Assembly: GCA_038087875.1 (NCBI GenBank)
Contig: JAXLNO010000226.1
Coordinates: forward strand, 124,001-174,940
DNA length: 50,940 nt
Source of the DNA: Malacoraja senta
Taxonomy: Eukaryota
Reading direction: 5' to 3'
Part shown: in pieces, positions 12,201 through 24,625 of the stretch
Numbering within the stretch: the first letter of the stretch is position 1
Layout: each line of letters begins with the position of its first letter
Notes under the pieces: generated by a model
What the model was told of the DNA's origin: nothing
What the model saw: the letters and a program-made list of their open reading frames with translations, nothing else
Database searches by the model: none
Program-made: the position numbers and the translations under genes

Positions 12201-13290
12201 GGCTGGCAGACATGAAGCAAAGAGTAGGAGTAAACGGGTCCTTTTCAGAATGGCAGGCAGTGACTAGTGGGGTACCGCAAGGCTCAGTGCTGGGACCCCA
12301 GCTATTTACAATATATATTAATGAGCTGGATGAGGGAATTGAATGCAACATCTCCAAGTTTGCGGATGACACAAAGCTGGGGGGCAGTGTTAGCTGTGAG
12401 GAGGATGCTAGGAGGCTGCAAGGTGACTTGGATAGGTTGGGTGAGTGGGCAAAGGCATGGCAGATGCAGTATAATGTGGATAAATGTGAGGTTATCCACT
12501 TTGGTGTCAAAAACAGGAAAGTAGACTATTATCTGAATGGTGGCCGATTAGGAAAAGGGGAGATGCAACGAGACCTGGGTGTCATGGTACACCAGTCATT
12601 GAAAGTAGGAATGCAGGTGCAGCAGGCAGTGAAGAAAGCAAATGGTATGTTAGCATTCATAGCAAAAGGATTTGAGTATAAGAGCAGGGAGGTTCTACTG
12701 CAGTTGTACAGGGTTTGGTGAGACCACACCTGGAGTATTGCGTACAGTTTTGGTCTCGTAATCTGAGGAAAGACATTCTTGCCATAGAGGGAGTACAGAG
12801 AAGGTTCACCAGACTGATTCCTGGGATGGCAGGACTTTCATATGAGGAAAGACTGGATAGACTCGGCTTGTACACGTTGGAATTCAGAAGACTGAGGGGG
12901 GATCTTATAGAAACTTACAAAATTCTTAAGGGGTTGGACAGGCTAGATGCAGGAAGATTATTCCCGATGTTGGGGAAGTCCAGAACTAGGGGTCACAGTT
13001 TAAGGATAAGAGGGAAGACTTTTAGGACCGAGATGAGGAAATCATTTTTTACACAGAGAGTGGTGAATCTGTGGAATTCTCTGCCACAGAAGGTAGTTGA
13101 GGCCAGTTCATTGGCTATATTTAAGAGGGAGTTAGATGTGGCCCTTGTGGCTAAAGAGATCAGGGGGTATGGAGAGAAGGCAGGGATGGGATACTGAGTT
13201 GGATGATCAGCCATGATCATATCAAATGGCGGTGCAGGCTCGAATGGCCGAATGGCCTACTCCTGCACCTATTTTCTATGTTTCTATGTT
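9237..13290 (+). mobile_element. Near full-length CR1 LINE, defective (ORF1 Zn-finger/zipper/SGNH esterase; ORF2 APE endonuclease and RT)
   Basis: ORF1 from 9283: CxxC..CxxC, GDSIVRG, PGA, HIGTND, DGLH (frameshift near 9965). ORF2: [63 protein letters not shown]. Frameshifts and a stop near 11015-11220 and 12716. (ttctatgt)n tail. Confidence 0.96.
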
Positions 13291-13900
13291 TAGCAGTAAG
13301 AGATAAATCTAACTGTCTTGAAAACATCCAGTGAATTGGCCTCCACTGCCTTCTGTGGCAGAGAATTCCACAGATTCACAACTCTCTGGGTGAAAAGTTT
13401 TTTCCGCATCTCAGTCCTAAATGGCCTACGCCTACAACTGTGACCCCTGGTTCTGGACTCCCCCAAAATCGGGAACATTTTTCCTGCATCTAACCTGTTC
13501 AATCCTTTAAAATTTTTACATGTTTCTATAAATTCTCCTCTCATCCTAAATTCCAGTGAATACAAGCCCAGTCGACCCATTCTTTCATCATATGTCAGTC
13601 CCGCCATCCAGGGAATTAACCTCGTAAACCTATGCTGCACTCCCTCAATAGCAATAATGTCCTTCCTCAAATTAGGAGACCAAAATTGTACGCAACACTC
13701 TAGGCTCAGTCTCACAACTCCTTGCTCCTAAACTCAAATCCTCTCGCCATGAAGGCCAACATGCCATTAGCTTTCTTCACTGCCTGCTGTACCTTTCAGT
13801 GACTGCGGTCTACCTATTTTCAGTGACTGATGTACAAGGACACCCAGGTCTCGTTACACCTCCCGTTTTCCTAATCTGACACCATTCAGATAATATATGC
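13291..13900 (-). mobile_element. Older CR1 split by the near full-length CR1 (its 3' tail is at 9097-9233)
   Basis: ccttgattccttt (to 9233) continues as tagcagtaagagataaatctaac (from 13291), as in the intact tail at 28050-28100. ORF 13290-13715 is CR1 RT C-terminus. Confidence 0.88.
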
Positions 13901-14085
13901 CAGAATAGGTGACATTTCGGGTCGAGATCCTGCTTCAGACTGAGAGTCAGGGGAAAGGGAACCGAGAGATATAGACAGTGATGTGGAGAGATTAGAACAA
14001 ATGAATGGAAGATAAGTGTAGAGTCGGAAAGCAGGAAGAATGACAGAGGGGAAGCAGCGAGAGGATGTTGCAGAACCCTCGTCGA

Positions 14086-14750
14086 ACCCAGGTACAGCAG
14101 GCAGTGAAGAAAGCGAATGGCATGTTATCCTTTATAACAAGAGGAGTCGAATATCGGAGCAAAGAGGTCCTTCTGCAGTTGTACAGAACCCTAGTGAGAC
14201 CACACCTGGAGTATTGTGTGCAGTTTTGGTCCCCTAATTTGAGGAAGGACATTCTTGCTATTGAGGGAGTGCAGCGTAGGTTTACAAGGTTAATTCCCGG
14301 GATGGCGGGACTGTCATATGCTGAGAGAATGAAGCAGCTGGGCTTGTACACTCTGGAGGATGAGAGGATATCTCATTGAAACATATAAGATTGTTAAGGG
14401 CTTGGACACACTAGAGGCAGGAAACATGTTCGCGATGTTGGGGGAGTCCAGAACCAGGGGCCACAGTTTAAGAATAAGGAGTAAGCCATTTAGAACGGAG
14501 ACGATGAAACACTTTTTCCAACAGAGCGTGGTGAGTCTGTGGAATTCTCTGCCTCAGAGGGCGGTGGAGGCAGATTCTCTGGATGCTTTCAAGAGAGAGT
14601 TGGATAGGGCTCTTAAAAATAGCGGCGTCAGCAGATATGGGGAGAAGGCAGGAACGGGGTACTGATTGGGGATGATGAGTCATGATCACATTGAATGGTG
14701 GTGCTGGCTCGAAGGGCCAAATGGCCTACTCTTGCACCTATTGTCTATTG
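14086..14750 (+). mobile_element. 5'-truncated CR1
   Basis: QVQQAVKKANGML...RPHLEYCVQFWSP and 3' tail. Confidence 0.92.
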
Positions 14751-16171
14751 TTGAAGAGAGGAGGAGAACTTCTTCAAAGTAGGCATGCCATACCTAATAC
14801 TCTACTCATACCGTACGCCTACTTTGAAGAGGTTCTCTCTCTGTGTCCATCTTTGGTTTAAACCAGCATCTGCAGTTCCTTCCTACGCTGCAAATTGTAA
14901 ATTCATTTGCTCAAGGATCATCGTTCTTATGTCTCAACTAACTGGCTTTGCCATGAATTATTCTCCCTGTGTGAAAGACGGGCACAAAATGCGGGAATAA
15001 CTCAGCGGGACAGGCAGCATCTCTGGAGAGACCTGTCTGAAGAAGGGTCTTGACCCAAATCGTCACCCATTCCTTCTCTCCAGAGATGCTGCCTGACCCG
15101 CTGAGTTACTCCAGCATTTTGTGTCTATCTTCGGTTTAAACCAGCATCTGCAGTTGATTCCTACACAAGTGTGAACGATCTACCATTATGAGCTTCCCGA
15201 GAGTCTACAAACTTCAGATTAAAAATATAATTAGCGAAAATATAAAAGGAACAGACATCATGTTCCCCTGTAAAGATTAGTACTGGTGTCAGGGGTTATG
15301 GGGAGAAGGCAGGAGAATGGGGTTAGAAGGGAGAGATAGATCAGCCACGATTGAATGGCAGAGTAGGCTTGATGGGACAAATGGCCTAATTCTGCTCCTA
15401 TAATTTATGATCCTATTAGAGCATTGTAGATAAAGTAGGGCAGCACTGGGTCAGGCCCTTCGGCCCACAATGTCTGTACCGACCATGATGCCAATTTAAA
15501 TCAATACCATTACGAGCTGTATGTGCAATGGGCCGCAGGATCTTCCATCATCCGGCGGGGGCTTCAATATCGGGAGCCTCGATCGCCTCGACGCAGCAGT
15601 TTGACTGCCTGACCGCGGGACAAGAAGCAAAAGACTTTTTTTTACCTTCCATCACAGTGAGGATGTACCTGGAGGAGAGACTGTGATGGATGTTTGTGTT
15701 TAATTGTGTGTTTTGTTGCTTTTTTACTATCAGGACTGCATGTTAACGAAATTTGGTTCACAATTGTTTTTGAATGCCAAATAAAGAAATTCAATTCAAT
15801 ATCTCTCCATTCCCTGTCTGTTTCTGTATCTGTCTAAATGTCTCTTAAACGTTGCTATCGGAACAGCTTGCATCTCACCAAGCAGTACACACCAGGCACC
15901 GACCACTCTGAACAAAACAAACCGTCCCTTTTAAACCTCCTTTAAAATGTCCTTCCCTGTCATACCTAGAGTCATACAGTGTCATAGGGACCCTCTTGTA
16001 TTTAACATTTCCACCCCGAGAAGACCTTCAATCTACTCTCTCTTTGATCAGTACTGGTGTTGGGGATTATGGGGAGAAGGCAGGAAAATGCCGTTGAGAG
16101 GGAAAGACAGATCAGCCATGATTGAATGGTGGAGTAGATGCGATGGGCCAAATGGCCTAATTCTGCTCCTA

Positions 16172-16660
16172 TAATAGACAATAGACAATAGGTGCAGGAA
16201 TAGGCCATACGGCTCTTCGAGCCTGCACCGTCATTCAATGTGATCTTGGCTGATCATCCCCAATCAGTACCCCGTTCCTGCCTTCTCCCCATATCCCCAG
16301 ACCGCTATTTTTAAGTGCCCTATCTAGCTCTCTCTTGAAAGTATCCAGAGAACTGGCCTCCACCACCCTCTGAGGCAGAGAATTCCACAGACTCACCACT
16401 CTCTATGTGAAAAAGTGTTTCCTTGTCTCCGTTTTAAATGGCTTACCCCTTATTCTTAAACTGTGGCCCCTGGTTCTGGACTCCCCCAACATCGGGAACA
16501 TGTTTCCTGCCTCTAGCGTGTCCAAACCCTTAATAATCTTATACGTTACAATAAGATTCCCTCTCATCCTTCTAAACTCCAGAGTGTACAAGCCCAGCCG
16601 CTCCATTCTCTCAGCGTATGACAGTCCCGCCATCCCGGGAATTAACCTGGTGAACCCACT
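16172..16660 (-). mobile_element. 5'-truncated CR1
   Basis: ORF 16403-16633 and reverse-complement tail. Confidence 0.9.
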
Positions 16661-16930
16661 TTAGCTGCCTAATTACTCTAATTACGCTTGTTAAACATGA
16701 ACTATGCCTCTTGGCAGCATCAGCAAAGGGGAAATTAAGATGTTTTTCAGTAATTCACAGGATCAATGTGTTTGTTAATCCCTAGTGGATTTTTGACAAA
16801 CAGCTTTACAGTACAGTGGCTGTGGACACAGATGTTGTTCATCTCTGTGGTAAACAGCTGCCAAGCATTACACTTTGATATAGGGCATTTATAACATCAT
16901 GAGAGGAACGGAACGGGTAGATGCACAAAG

Positions 16931-17530
16931 GTAGACAAAAATGCTGGAGAAACACAGCGGATGAGGCAGCATCTATGGAGCGAAGGAATAGGTGACGTTT
17001 CGGGTCGAGACCCTTGTGGGAGTGAGGCAGGGGGGGCGGGTCGCGACCCTTCTTCAGACTGATGTGGGGGTGGGGGGGGTAGATACATAGATACATAGAA
17101 AATAGTTGCAGGAGTAGGCCATTCGGCCCTTCGAGCCTGCACCGCCATTCAATATGATCATGGCTGATCATCCAACTCAGTATCCCATACCTGCCTTCTC
17201 TCCATACCCTCTCAGTATCCCGTACCTGCCTTCTCTCCATACCCACCCCCACATCAATCTGAAAAAGGGTCTCGACCCGACACGTCACCTATTCCTTCGC
17301 TCCATAGATGCTGCCTCACCCGCCGAGTTTCTCCAGCATTTTGGTCCACCACTGGTTTAGTTATTGTCACGATAACTAAACCAAGAGTGAGAGGCTTGTC
17401 CTGAATGCTAAACCTCAAATCGGATTATACATCAGTACCACAGATCCTCTTCTGGAACAGCACACAGAGAGTCGCCAGCATTTTTGTCTACCTTCGATTT
17501 TTTCCAGCATCTGCAGTTCTTTCTTAAACA
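16931..17530. mobile_element. Composite palindromic Penelope insertion carrying about 130 bp also found at 32594-32725
   Basis: 15-bp TSD ggtagatgca(c/a)aaag at 16916-16930 and 17531-17545, inside a CR1 host. Confidence 0.75.
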
Positions 17531-18585
17531 GGTAGATGCAAAAAGTTTCTTGCCTAGAGTAGGTAAGTCGAGGATCAGAACACATAGGTTTCAGATGAAG
17601 GGGAAAAGATTTAATGGGGATCTGAGGGTGTAACAGAGAGGTGGTGGGTGTATGGAACAAGCTGCCAGAGGAGGTAGTTGAGGCTGGGACTATCCCAACG
17701 TTTAATCAACAGTTAGACAGGTACATGTATAGAACAGATTTGAATGAATAAGTTTACTGGCCAAGTATTCACATACAAGGATATTGCCTTGGTGCTCCGC
17801 CCGCAAGTGACAACATGACAAGTTACGAATGACTCAGAAAACACTAAACATTAATAATAATAAAACATTAATGATAAAACATTATCGATTAAACATGTGA
17901 ATTAAATAAAAATACCAGAGCAAAAGGAGGCTACAGATTTTTGGTTATTGAGTAGAGCTACTACTCATGGAAAAAGGGTTTTGGACCAAACACAGGCAGG
18001 TGGGACTAGTATAGATGGGACATCTTGGCCGGTGTGGGTCAGTTGGGACAAAGGGGCTTGTTTCCATGCTGTAATCACTCTATGACTCACAGAGAGTTGT
18101 GAGTCTGTGGAATTTTCTGCCTCAGAGGGCGGTGGAGGCCGGTTCTCTGGATACTTTCAAGAGAGAGCTAGATAGGGCTCTTAAAGATAGCGGAGTCAGG
18201 GGATATGGGGAGAAGGCAGGAACGGGGTACTGATTGGGGATGATCAGCCATGATCACATTGAATGGTGGTGCTGGCTCGAAGGGCTGAATGGCCTACTCC
18301 TGCACCTATTGTCTATTGACTCTAAGATTTAATTTGTATGTATCATTGAATGAAACTGTTTACGAGTTGTTTCACGAACGAATGGAATGACATTAATTAA
18401 TTTCCTTCAGCCAAATCCCACTTGAATTCAGTAATATTTTCTGTTAAAACCCTTATTTTACGATCACTGCCAAACAGTGAAGACTGTAGAAGATAATTAG
18501 CAGCATCAGGTGTGCATAAAAACAAAACCGGTGTGCTGTAGAAACAAGGAACTGCAGATGCTGGTTTACAGAACTAGGTACAAAG

Positions 18586-18903
18586 TGCTGGAGTAACCTA
18601 GCGTGTCAGGCAGCATCTGTGGAGAACATGGATAGGTGACGTTTCACAGAGTGCTGGAGTAACTCAGCGGGTCAGGCAGCATCTGTGGAGAACATGGATA
18701 GGTGACGTTTCACAGAGTGCTGGAGTAACTCAGCGGGTCAGGCAGCATCTGTGGAGAACATGGATAGGTGACGTTTCACAGAGTGCTGGAGTAACTCAGC
18801 GGGTCAGGCAGCATCTGTGGAGAACATGGATAGGTGACGTTTCAGAGTGCTGGAGTAACTCAGCGGGTCAGGCAGCATCTGTGGAGAACATGGATAGGTG
18901 ACA
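18586..18903. repeat. 66-bp tandem repeat (about 5 units), same unit as 3670-3960
   Basis: Units start at 18589, 18655, 18721, 18787 and 18851. Confidence 0.92.
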
Positions 18904-18950
18904 ATTCGGACAGGACCATTCAATTGCAAGCTGCTTCGGTTGTTGAGCAT

Positions 18951-19150
18951 GAGTGCCCTCCATAATGTTTGGGACAAAGACCCATCATTTATTTATTTGC
19001 CTCTGTACACCACAATTTGAGATTTGTAATAGAAAAAAATCACATGTGGTTAAAGTGCACATTGACAGATTTTATTAAAGGCCATTTTTATAAATTTTGG
19101 TTTCACCATGTAGAAATGACAGCAGTGTTTATACATAGTCCCCCCATTTC
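18951..19150 (+). mobile_element. Isolated Tc1 terminal inverted repeat fragment
   Basis: agtgccctccataatgtttgggacaaagacc..., nearly identical to the TIRs of the Tc1 at 46178-48187. Confidence 0.88.
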
Positions 19151-19392
19151 TATAGCACATTTAAAAACAACTCTCGTTGACCAAAGTGCTTTACATCAGT
19201 GCAGGTACTAACGCGCATAGATCTAACAATACATACATAAATACATACATACAGCGCTCCCTCAGAGAACCCCAAGAAACGTTTGTGAGTAGAAATAAGT
19301 TTTAAGTCTAGACTTAAAAGAGTTGATGGAGGGGGCAGTTCTGATGGGAAGAGGGATGCTGTTCCATAGTCTAGGTGCTGCACCCGCAAAAG
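19150..19392 (-). mobile_element. L2-type LINE 3' fragment
   Basis: Homologous to 31445-31810. Confidence 0.75.
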
Positions 19393-20559
19393 CAAAGACA
19401 CACTGGAGTAACTCAGCGGGTCTATTTCCTATCCCTTTTCCCCAGAGATGCTGTCTGACCCGCTGAATTATTCCAGCATTTTGTGTCTACCTTTAATATA
19501 ATTTGGCATCATTTTCTGCACGGACATTGTGAGTTGACAGACCTATTCCTGTGTTTAACTCAGAAGTATGCTCAGTTCTATGTATGCCCAGCCTCTGAAC
19601 TGCTTTGTTTTATTATATGAGTGTAGTTAGACCATTCAGCCCATCAAGTCTACATCGCCGTTCAATCATGACTGATCTATCTCTCCCTCCTAACCCCATT
19701 CTCCTGCCTTCTTCCCATAACGCCTGACACCGGTACTAATGAATAAGCTATGTATCTCTGCTTTAAAAATATCCATTGGGGTGCTAATCTGATAAATAGT
19801 AATTCAGAAAATGGTGATGTGGTGATGGTAATGTCAATGCATGGCAGGCGTGGCTGGTCTTTCATCTTCATGAACCATTCGGGCTGATGTATTCAAGAGA
19901 GAGTTAGATATAGCTCTTGGGGCTAATGGAATCCAGGGATATGGGGAGAAGGCAGGAACGGGGTACTGATTTTGGATGATCAGCCGTGATCACATTGAAT
20001 GGCGGTGATGGCTTGAAGGGCCGAATGGCCTACTCCTGCACCTATTTTCTATGTTGAAGGTGATTATTGCCTGGCACCGAGTATCTAAGTACCAATCAGT
20101 CCGTCAGATGCTGTGTAAACTTTGTTGCAAGCAGGCAGGTGTTTCTTCACTATCTGAGAAATTTAAGTTGAATGTTATGCAACCATCAATGAACTTTGCT
20201 ATTTATTTGACTTCAGAGAGAAGTGGCACATTTTCACTGCCTCTTTTGTTCTTATTTCCTCCTTAACTGCCAAGTATCTGAGCTCTGGAATTCATTCTTC
20301 ATCTCTACCATATTTTTAAATCGTCTGATCCAACGTCTCCTTAGTTAGACACTTGGAACTGCAAATGCTGGTTTACAGACAAAGGCACAATGTGCTGGAG
20401 TAACTTAGCGAGTCAGGCAGCATCTCAGCAGTTTGTGGATAGGTGTGCTGTCTGTACAGAGTTTGTACGTTCTCCCAATGGTAGAGTTGCTGCCTTCCAG
20501 CACCAGATACCCAGTTTTGATCCTGATTACAAGTGCTAAATGTACAGAGTTTGTACATT

Positions 20560-21065
20560 ATAGACAATAGGTGCAGGAGTAGGCCATTTGGCCCTTCGAG
20601 CCAGCACCGACATTCAATGTGATCATGGCTGATCATCCCCAATCAGTACCCCGTTCCTGCCTTCTCCCCATATCCCTTGACTCCGCTATCTTTAGGAGCC
20701 CTATCTAGCTCTCTCTTGAAAGTATCCAGAGAACTGGCCTCCACCGCCCTCTGAGGCAGAGAATTCCACAGACTCACCACTCTCTGTGTGAAAAAGTGTT
20801 TCCTCGTCTCCATTCTAAATGGCTTACCCCTTATTCTTAAACTGTGGCCCCTGGTTCTGGACTCCCCCAACATTGGGAACATGTTTCCTGCCTGTAGCAT
20901 GTCCAAACCCTTAATAATCATATACGTTTCAATAAGATTCCCTCTCATCCTTCTAAACTCGAGAATGCAATCCCAGCCGCTCCATTCTCTCAGTATATGA
21001 CAGTCCCGCCATCCCGGGAATTAACCTTGTAAACCTACGCTGCACTCCCTCAATAGCAAGAATGT
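20560..21065 (-). mobile_element. 5'-truncated CR1
   Basis: ORF 20643-20948 and tail. Confidence 0.9.
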
Positions 21066-21451
21066 TCTCTCCCTCATTCTCCCTGTGACCGCATGGGTTT
21101 TCTCCGGGTGCTCCAGTTTCCTCCCACACTCCAAAGACGTGCAGATTTATAGGGATAAATGGCTTCTGTAAACTGTAAACTATCCCCAGTGTGTAGGGTA
21201 GTGCGAGTGTACGATGTGATTGCTGGTCAGCATGGTCTCAGTGGGTCAAAGGGCCTGTTCCCACGCTTTATAAAGTCTAATGGGTGATGTTTCGTGCTCC
21301 AACCCAAAACATTGGCAATCCATGTTCTCCAGCGATGCTGCCTGCGCCACTGAGAAAACTAGAACTAAACTATCCTGGCTTTTCCACCCCTGGAGCTTCT
21401 CTCTTAGAAGATAGACGGGAAAAGGGAATGTCAGAGGAATGGGCATCCTTG

Positions 21452-21624
21452 GGGTGGGAGATTGCATCCTTCACGTGGTCCACCCTGTTTCAACGAATGC
21501 AATCAACCTGGCGTGCACAAACAGAAGATCAAACAGAACAAGTTGTCTTACAACTTTAGGATGTGCACGCCACACGCAAGAAGAAGAAGAAGAAGAAGAA
21601 GAAGAAGAAGAAGAAGAAGAAGAA
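21452..21624 (+). mobile_element. Short retroposon with (AAG)n tail (about 16 units) and 10-bp TSD
   Basis: ggcatccttg at 21442-21451 and 21625-21634. Ends gccacacgc(aag)n. Confidence 0.75.
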
Positions 21625-21678
21625 GGCATCCTTGACAATACTTCCAGCCTTCCTGATGAAACATAGGATGGACTGGAT

Positions 21679-22215
21679 TAGACAATAGACAATAGGTGCA
21701 GGAGTAGGCCATTTGGCCCTTCGAGCCAGCACCACCATTCAATGTGATCATGGCTGATCATCCCCAATCAGTACCCCGTTCCTGCCTTCTCCCCATATCC
21801 CTTGACTCTGCTATCTTTAGGAGCCCTATCTAGCTCTCTCTTGAAAGTATCCAGAGTACTGGCCTCCACCGCCCTCTGAGGCAGAGAATTCCACAGACTC
21901 ACCACTCTCTGTGTGAAAAAGTGTTTCCGCTATCTTTAATAGCCCTATCTAGCTCTCTCTTGAAAGCATCCAGAGAACTGGCCTCCACCGCCCTCTGAAA
22001 CAGAGAATTCCACATAGTCACAACTCTCTGTGAGAAAAAGTGTTTCCTCGTCCCCGTTCTAAATGGCTTACCCCTTATTCTTCAACTGTGGCCCCTGGTT
22101 CTGGACTCCCTCAACATCGGGAACATGTTTTCTGCCTCTAGCGTGTGCAAACCCTTAACAATCTTACATGTTTCAATGAGATTCCCTTTCGTCATTCTAA
22201 ACTCCAGTGTACAAG
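21679..22215 (-). mobile_element. CR1 3' fragment with internal duplication of about 120 bp
   Basis: The ctatcttta...aaaaagtgtttcc block occurs twice (about 21810-21928 and 21930-22047). Confidence 0.88.
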
Positions 22216-22224
22216 GAATTGAGG

Positions 22225-22760
22225 AACCGGTGATGGACTGGGCCGTGTTCACCACTCTCTGCAGGTTCAGGAGCAGTGCAGTTACCATCGAGGCTGAGAT
22301 GCATCCAGTGAAAATACTTTCCATAGCACATCTGTAGAAGTTCAAGGGAATCCTTGTGATTATGACGAATCTACTCAGACACCGAGGAAAGTAAACATGT
22401 TGATCGGCTTTCTGGATCACACCAGTGTTGAAGGACTAGGTTAAGTTGCTGGTGATATAGACATCTAGGAATGTGAAGCTGTCCACCTTCTCTACAGCAG
22501 CTATATTGATGAGGACTGGGGTGCGTCATATATGACCACTCACCTCCCCCGTTACATCAACAAACAACTCTTTCATTTTAGCCGACATTAAGGGTAAGGT
22601 CGTTTATCCGTCATCATGCCACAAGGTTCGTGATCTCTTTTATGTACCGAGTCTCGTCATTGTTGTTCATGCAGCTGACGTCAACGTTATCACCCCCAAA
22701 CATAAAGACAATGTTGACACTGTACATGACCACACAGTCATGGGTGCACAAGTGGTAGAA
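22225..22760 (-). mobile_element. Old Rex1/Babar RT fragment
   Basis: THDCV, NFYRCAMESIFTGCI and LQRVVNTAQSITG motifs, homologous to 37727-38935. Confidence 0.72.
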
Positions 22761-22774
22761 AAAATATAGCCTGC

Positions 22775-23290
22775 CGTTGAATTGCATTACAGTTTGGTTT
22801 GGGAAGACGGCCAAGAAATCGCAGAGAGTTGTAGATGTAGCCGTCACCCAGACCAGACTTCCCACCGTCGACTCCGTCTACACCTCACGCTATCTCGGGA
22901 AAGCAACCTACATCAAAGACTTGCGCCACCCCGGTCATTCCTTCTTCTCCCCGCTCCCGTCCGGCAGAAGGTATAGAAGCTTGAAAGCGCGCACCACCAG
23001 ACTCAGGAACAGCTTCTTCCCCTCTGTTATCAGTCTTCTGAATGGTCCTTCCATAAGCTAGGGTACTGTCCGATTCACCTCTACCCCATTGCGGACATTG
23101 GACTTTGTCTCTGGAACTGGTGCGCTACAATGCTGAGAGCTATATTCTACACTCTGTATCTTCCCTTTGCTCTGTCGTACTTGAGTTTGACTTGATAGTG
23201 TTTATGTGTGGTATATCTGATCTGTTTGGATAGCATGCCCAATACAAAGGTTTTCACTGTACCTCGGTACACGTGACAATGATAATAATT
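22775..23290 (+). mobile_element. Rex1/Babar 3' end with UTR and stem-loop
   Basis: HPGHSFFSPLPSGRRYRSLKARTTRLRNSFFPSVISLLN, then tcactgtacctcggtacacgtgacaat. Confidence 0.85.
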
Positions 23291-23759
23291 GAAAACAAAA
23301 CAATGCCTCCAAAACCAAGGCATCTGCATATGTACATTTGCACAACGATTGGCTCCATTGCAGTATATCTGAGATAATGTAAATTAATATGTCAAGTCTT
23401 GAGGGTTCCGTTTATTTCAGAGATATAGCATTAAAACAGGCCCTATGGGCCACCAAATCAATGACGACCAACAATCACCCGTTCATACTGCTTCTATCTA
23501 TTCCCACTTTCTCATCCACTCCCTACAAACTTGGGGCAATTTAGGCCGATTCATCTACAAACCCGTACGTCTTTAGGATATGGGAGGAATCCAGAGCACC
23601 CAGAGGAAACCCACGGAGATGCGGGGAGAACGTGCAAACTCTGCAGACAGAAGCCAAGGTCAGGATTGAACACGGGTCCCTGGCGCTGTGAGGCAGGGGT
23701 CTACCCGCCGCACCACTGTATATTATTTAGTTTTTGTATTTTTTCTATTTCTTTCCAAC

Positions 23760-24625
23760 ATCGGTGGGCGGCGCGACTCTCGTCAGCAGCGGCCTCTGCA
23801 GTCCGTCTGTCTTTTTTATTATTTTTGTCTCGTTTTTGTGTAGTTTTTATTATTTTTTTGTCGGGGTATGTGTGTGGGGGGGTGGGGGTGGGGGTGGGAG
23901 GGGGAAACTTTGAAATCTTTCCCCTGCACGGGAGACCCGACCTTTTCTTTGTCGGGTCTCCGTTGTCGTTGGGGCTGGGCAACGTGGAGCGGCCTCCAGC
24001 AGGAGCGACCTGGGGCTCCAGTTGTGGTGCTGCGGACTACTCACCGTCACGGGGCTGGCCGAGTCCGGAGCGGGTGGAGCTGTGGTGGAGCGCTGCTGCG
24101 ACCCGACCGCCGGAGATTCGGAGGCTACAACCGCGGGTCTGGCGGACGGCAACACTGGAAGCCCGCGGGTCCCCTGGTGGGAGACCGCTTTTCGGGGCTT
24201 CCGCAGCGGCGACTTCTCCCGCCCGAGTTGCGGGGTTGAAGAGCACCTGGAGCGGGGCTTTATCCCCCCGCGCGGCTTGGAATGGCCGCCGAACTTTGCG
24301 GGCGCGCGCCGGGGCTCTAACACCAAGACCCGGTGCGCGACCTTGCATCACCCGGCGTGGCTTTAATGGCCGCAGGGATAATCACCATCGCCCGCCGGGG
24401 GCTTTGACTTTGACTCTGACATCGGGGGGGGGAGTGCAGTGGAGAGATAAGTTTTTTTTTGCCTTCCATCACAGCGTTGTGATGGATGTATGTGTAAATT
24501 GTGTTGTGTCTCGGGTCTTCTTCGTTTTGTATTGTATGGCTGCAGAAACGACATTTCGTTTGGACCTCAAGGGGTCCAAATGACAAATTTGTCCAAAAGA
24601 CAAATAAAATTGAATTGAATTGAAT
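23760..24625 (+). mobile_element. GC-rich non-autonomous retroelement (family C), (ttgaa)n tail
   Basis: Same skeleton as family A (T-tract, G-run plus ggaaact, GC body, gccttccatcacag, 3' hairpin) with an unrelated middle. Confidence 0.68.

Noticed and set aside
9237..13290. Active autonomous CR1
   Set aside because: Frameshifts and a premature stop disrupt ORF1 and ORF2.
21439..21666. Poly-Glu protein ORF
   Set aside because: The (AAG)n run is a retroposon tail bounded by a TSD.
23531..24583. 350-aa ORF
   Set aside because: It runs from a reversed SINE through a T-tract and G-run into a GC-rich repeat. No domain is recognisable and open frames occur on both strands because of GC content.
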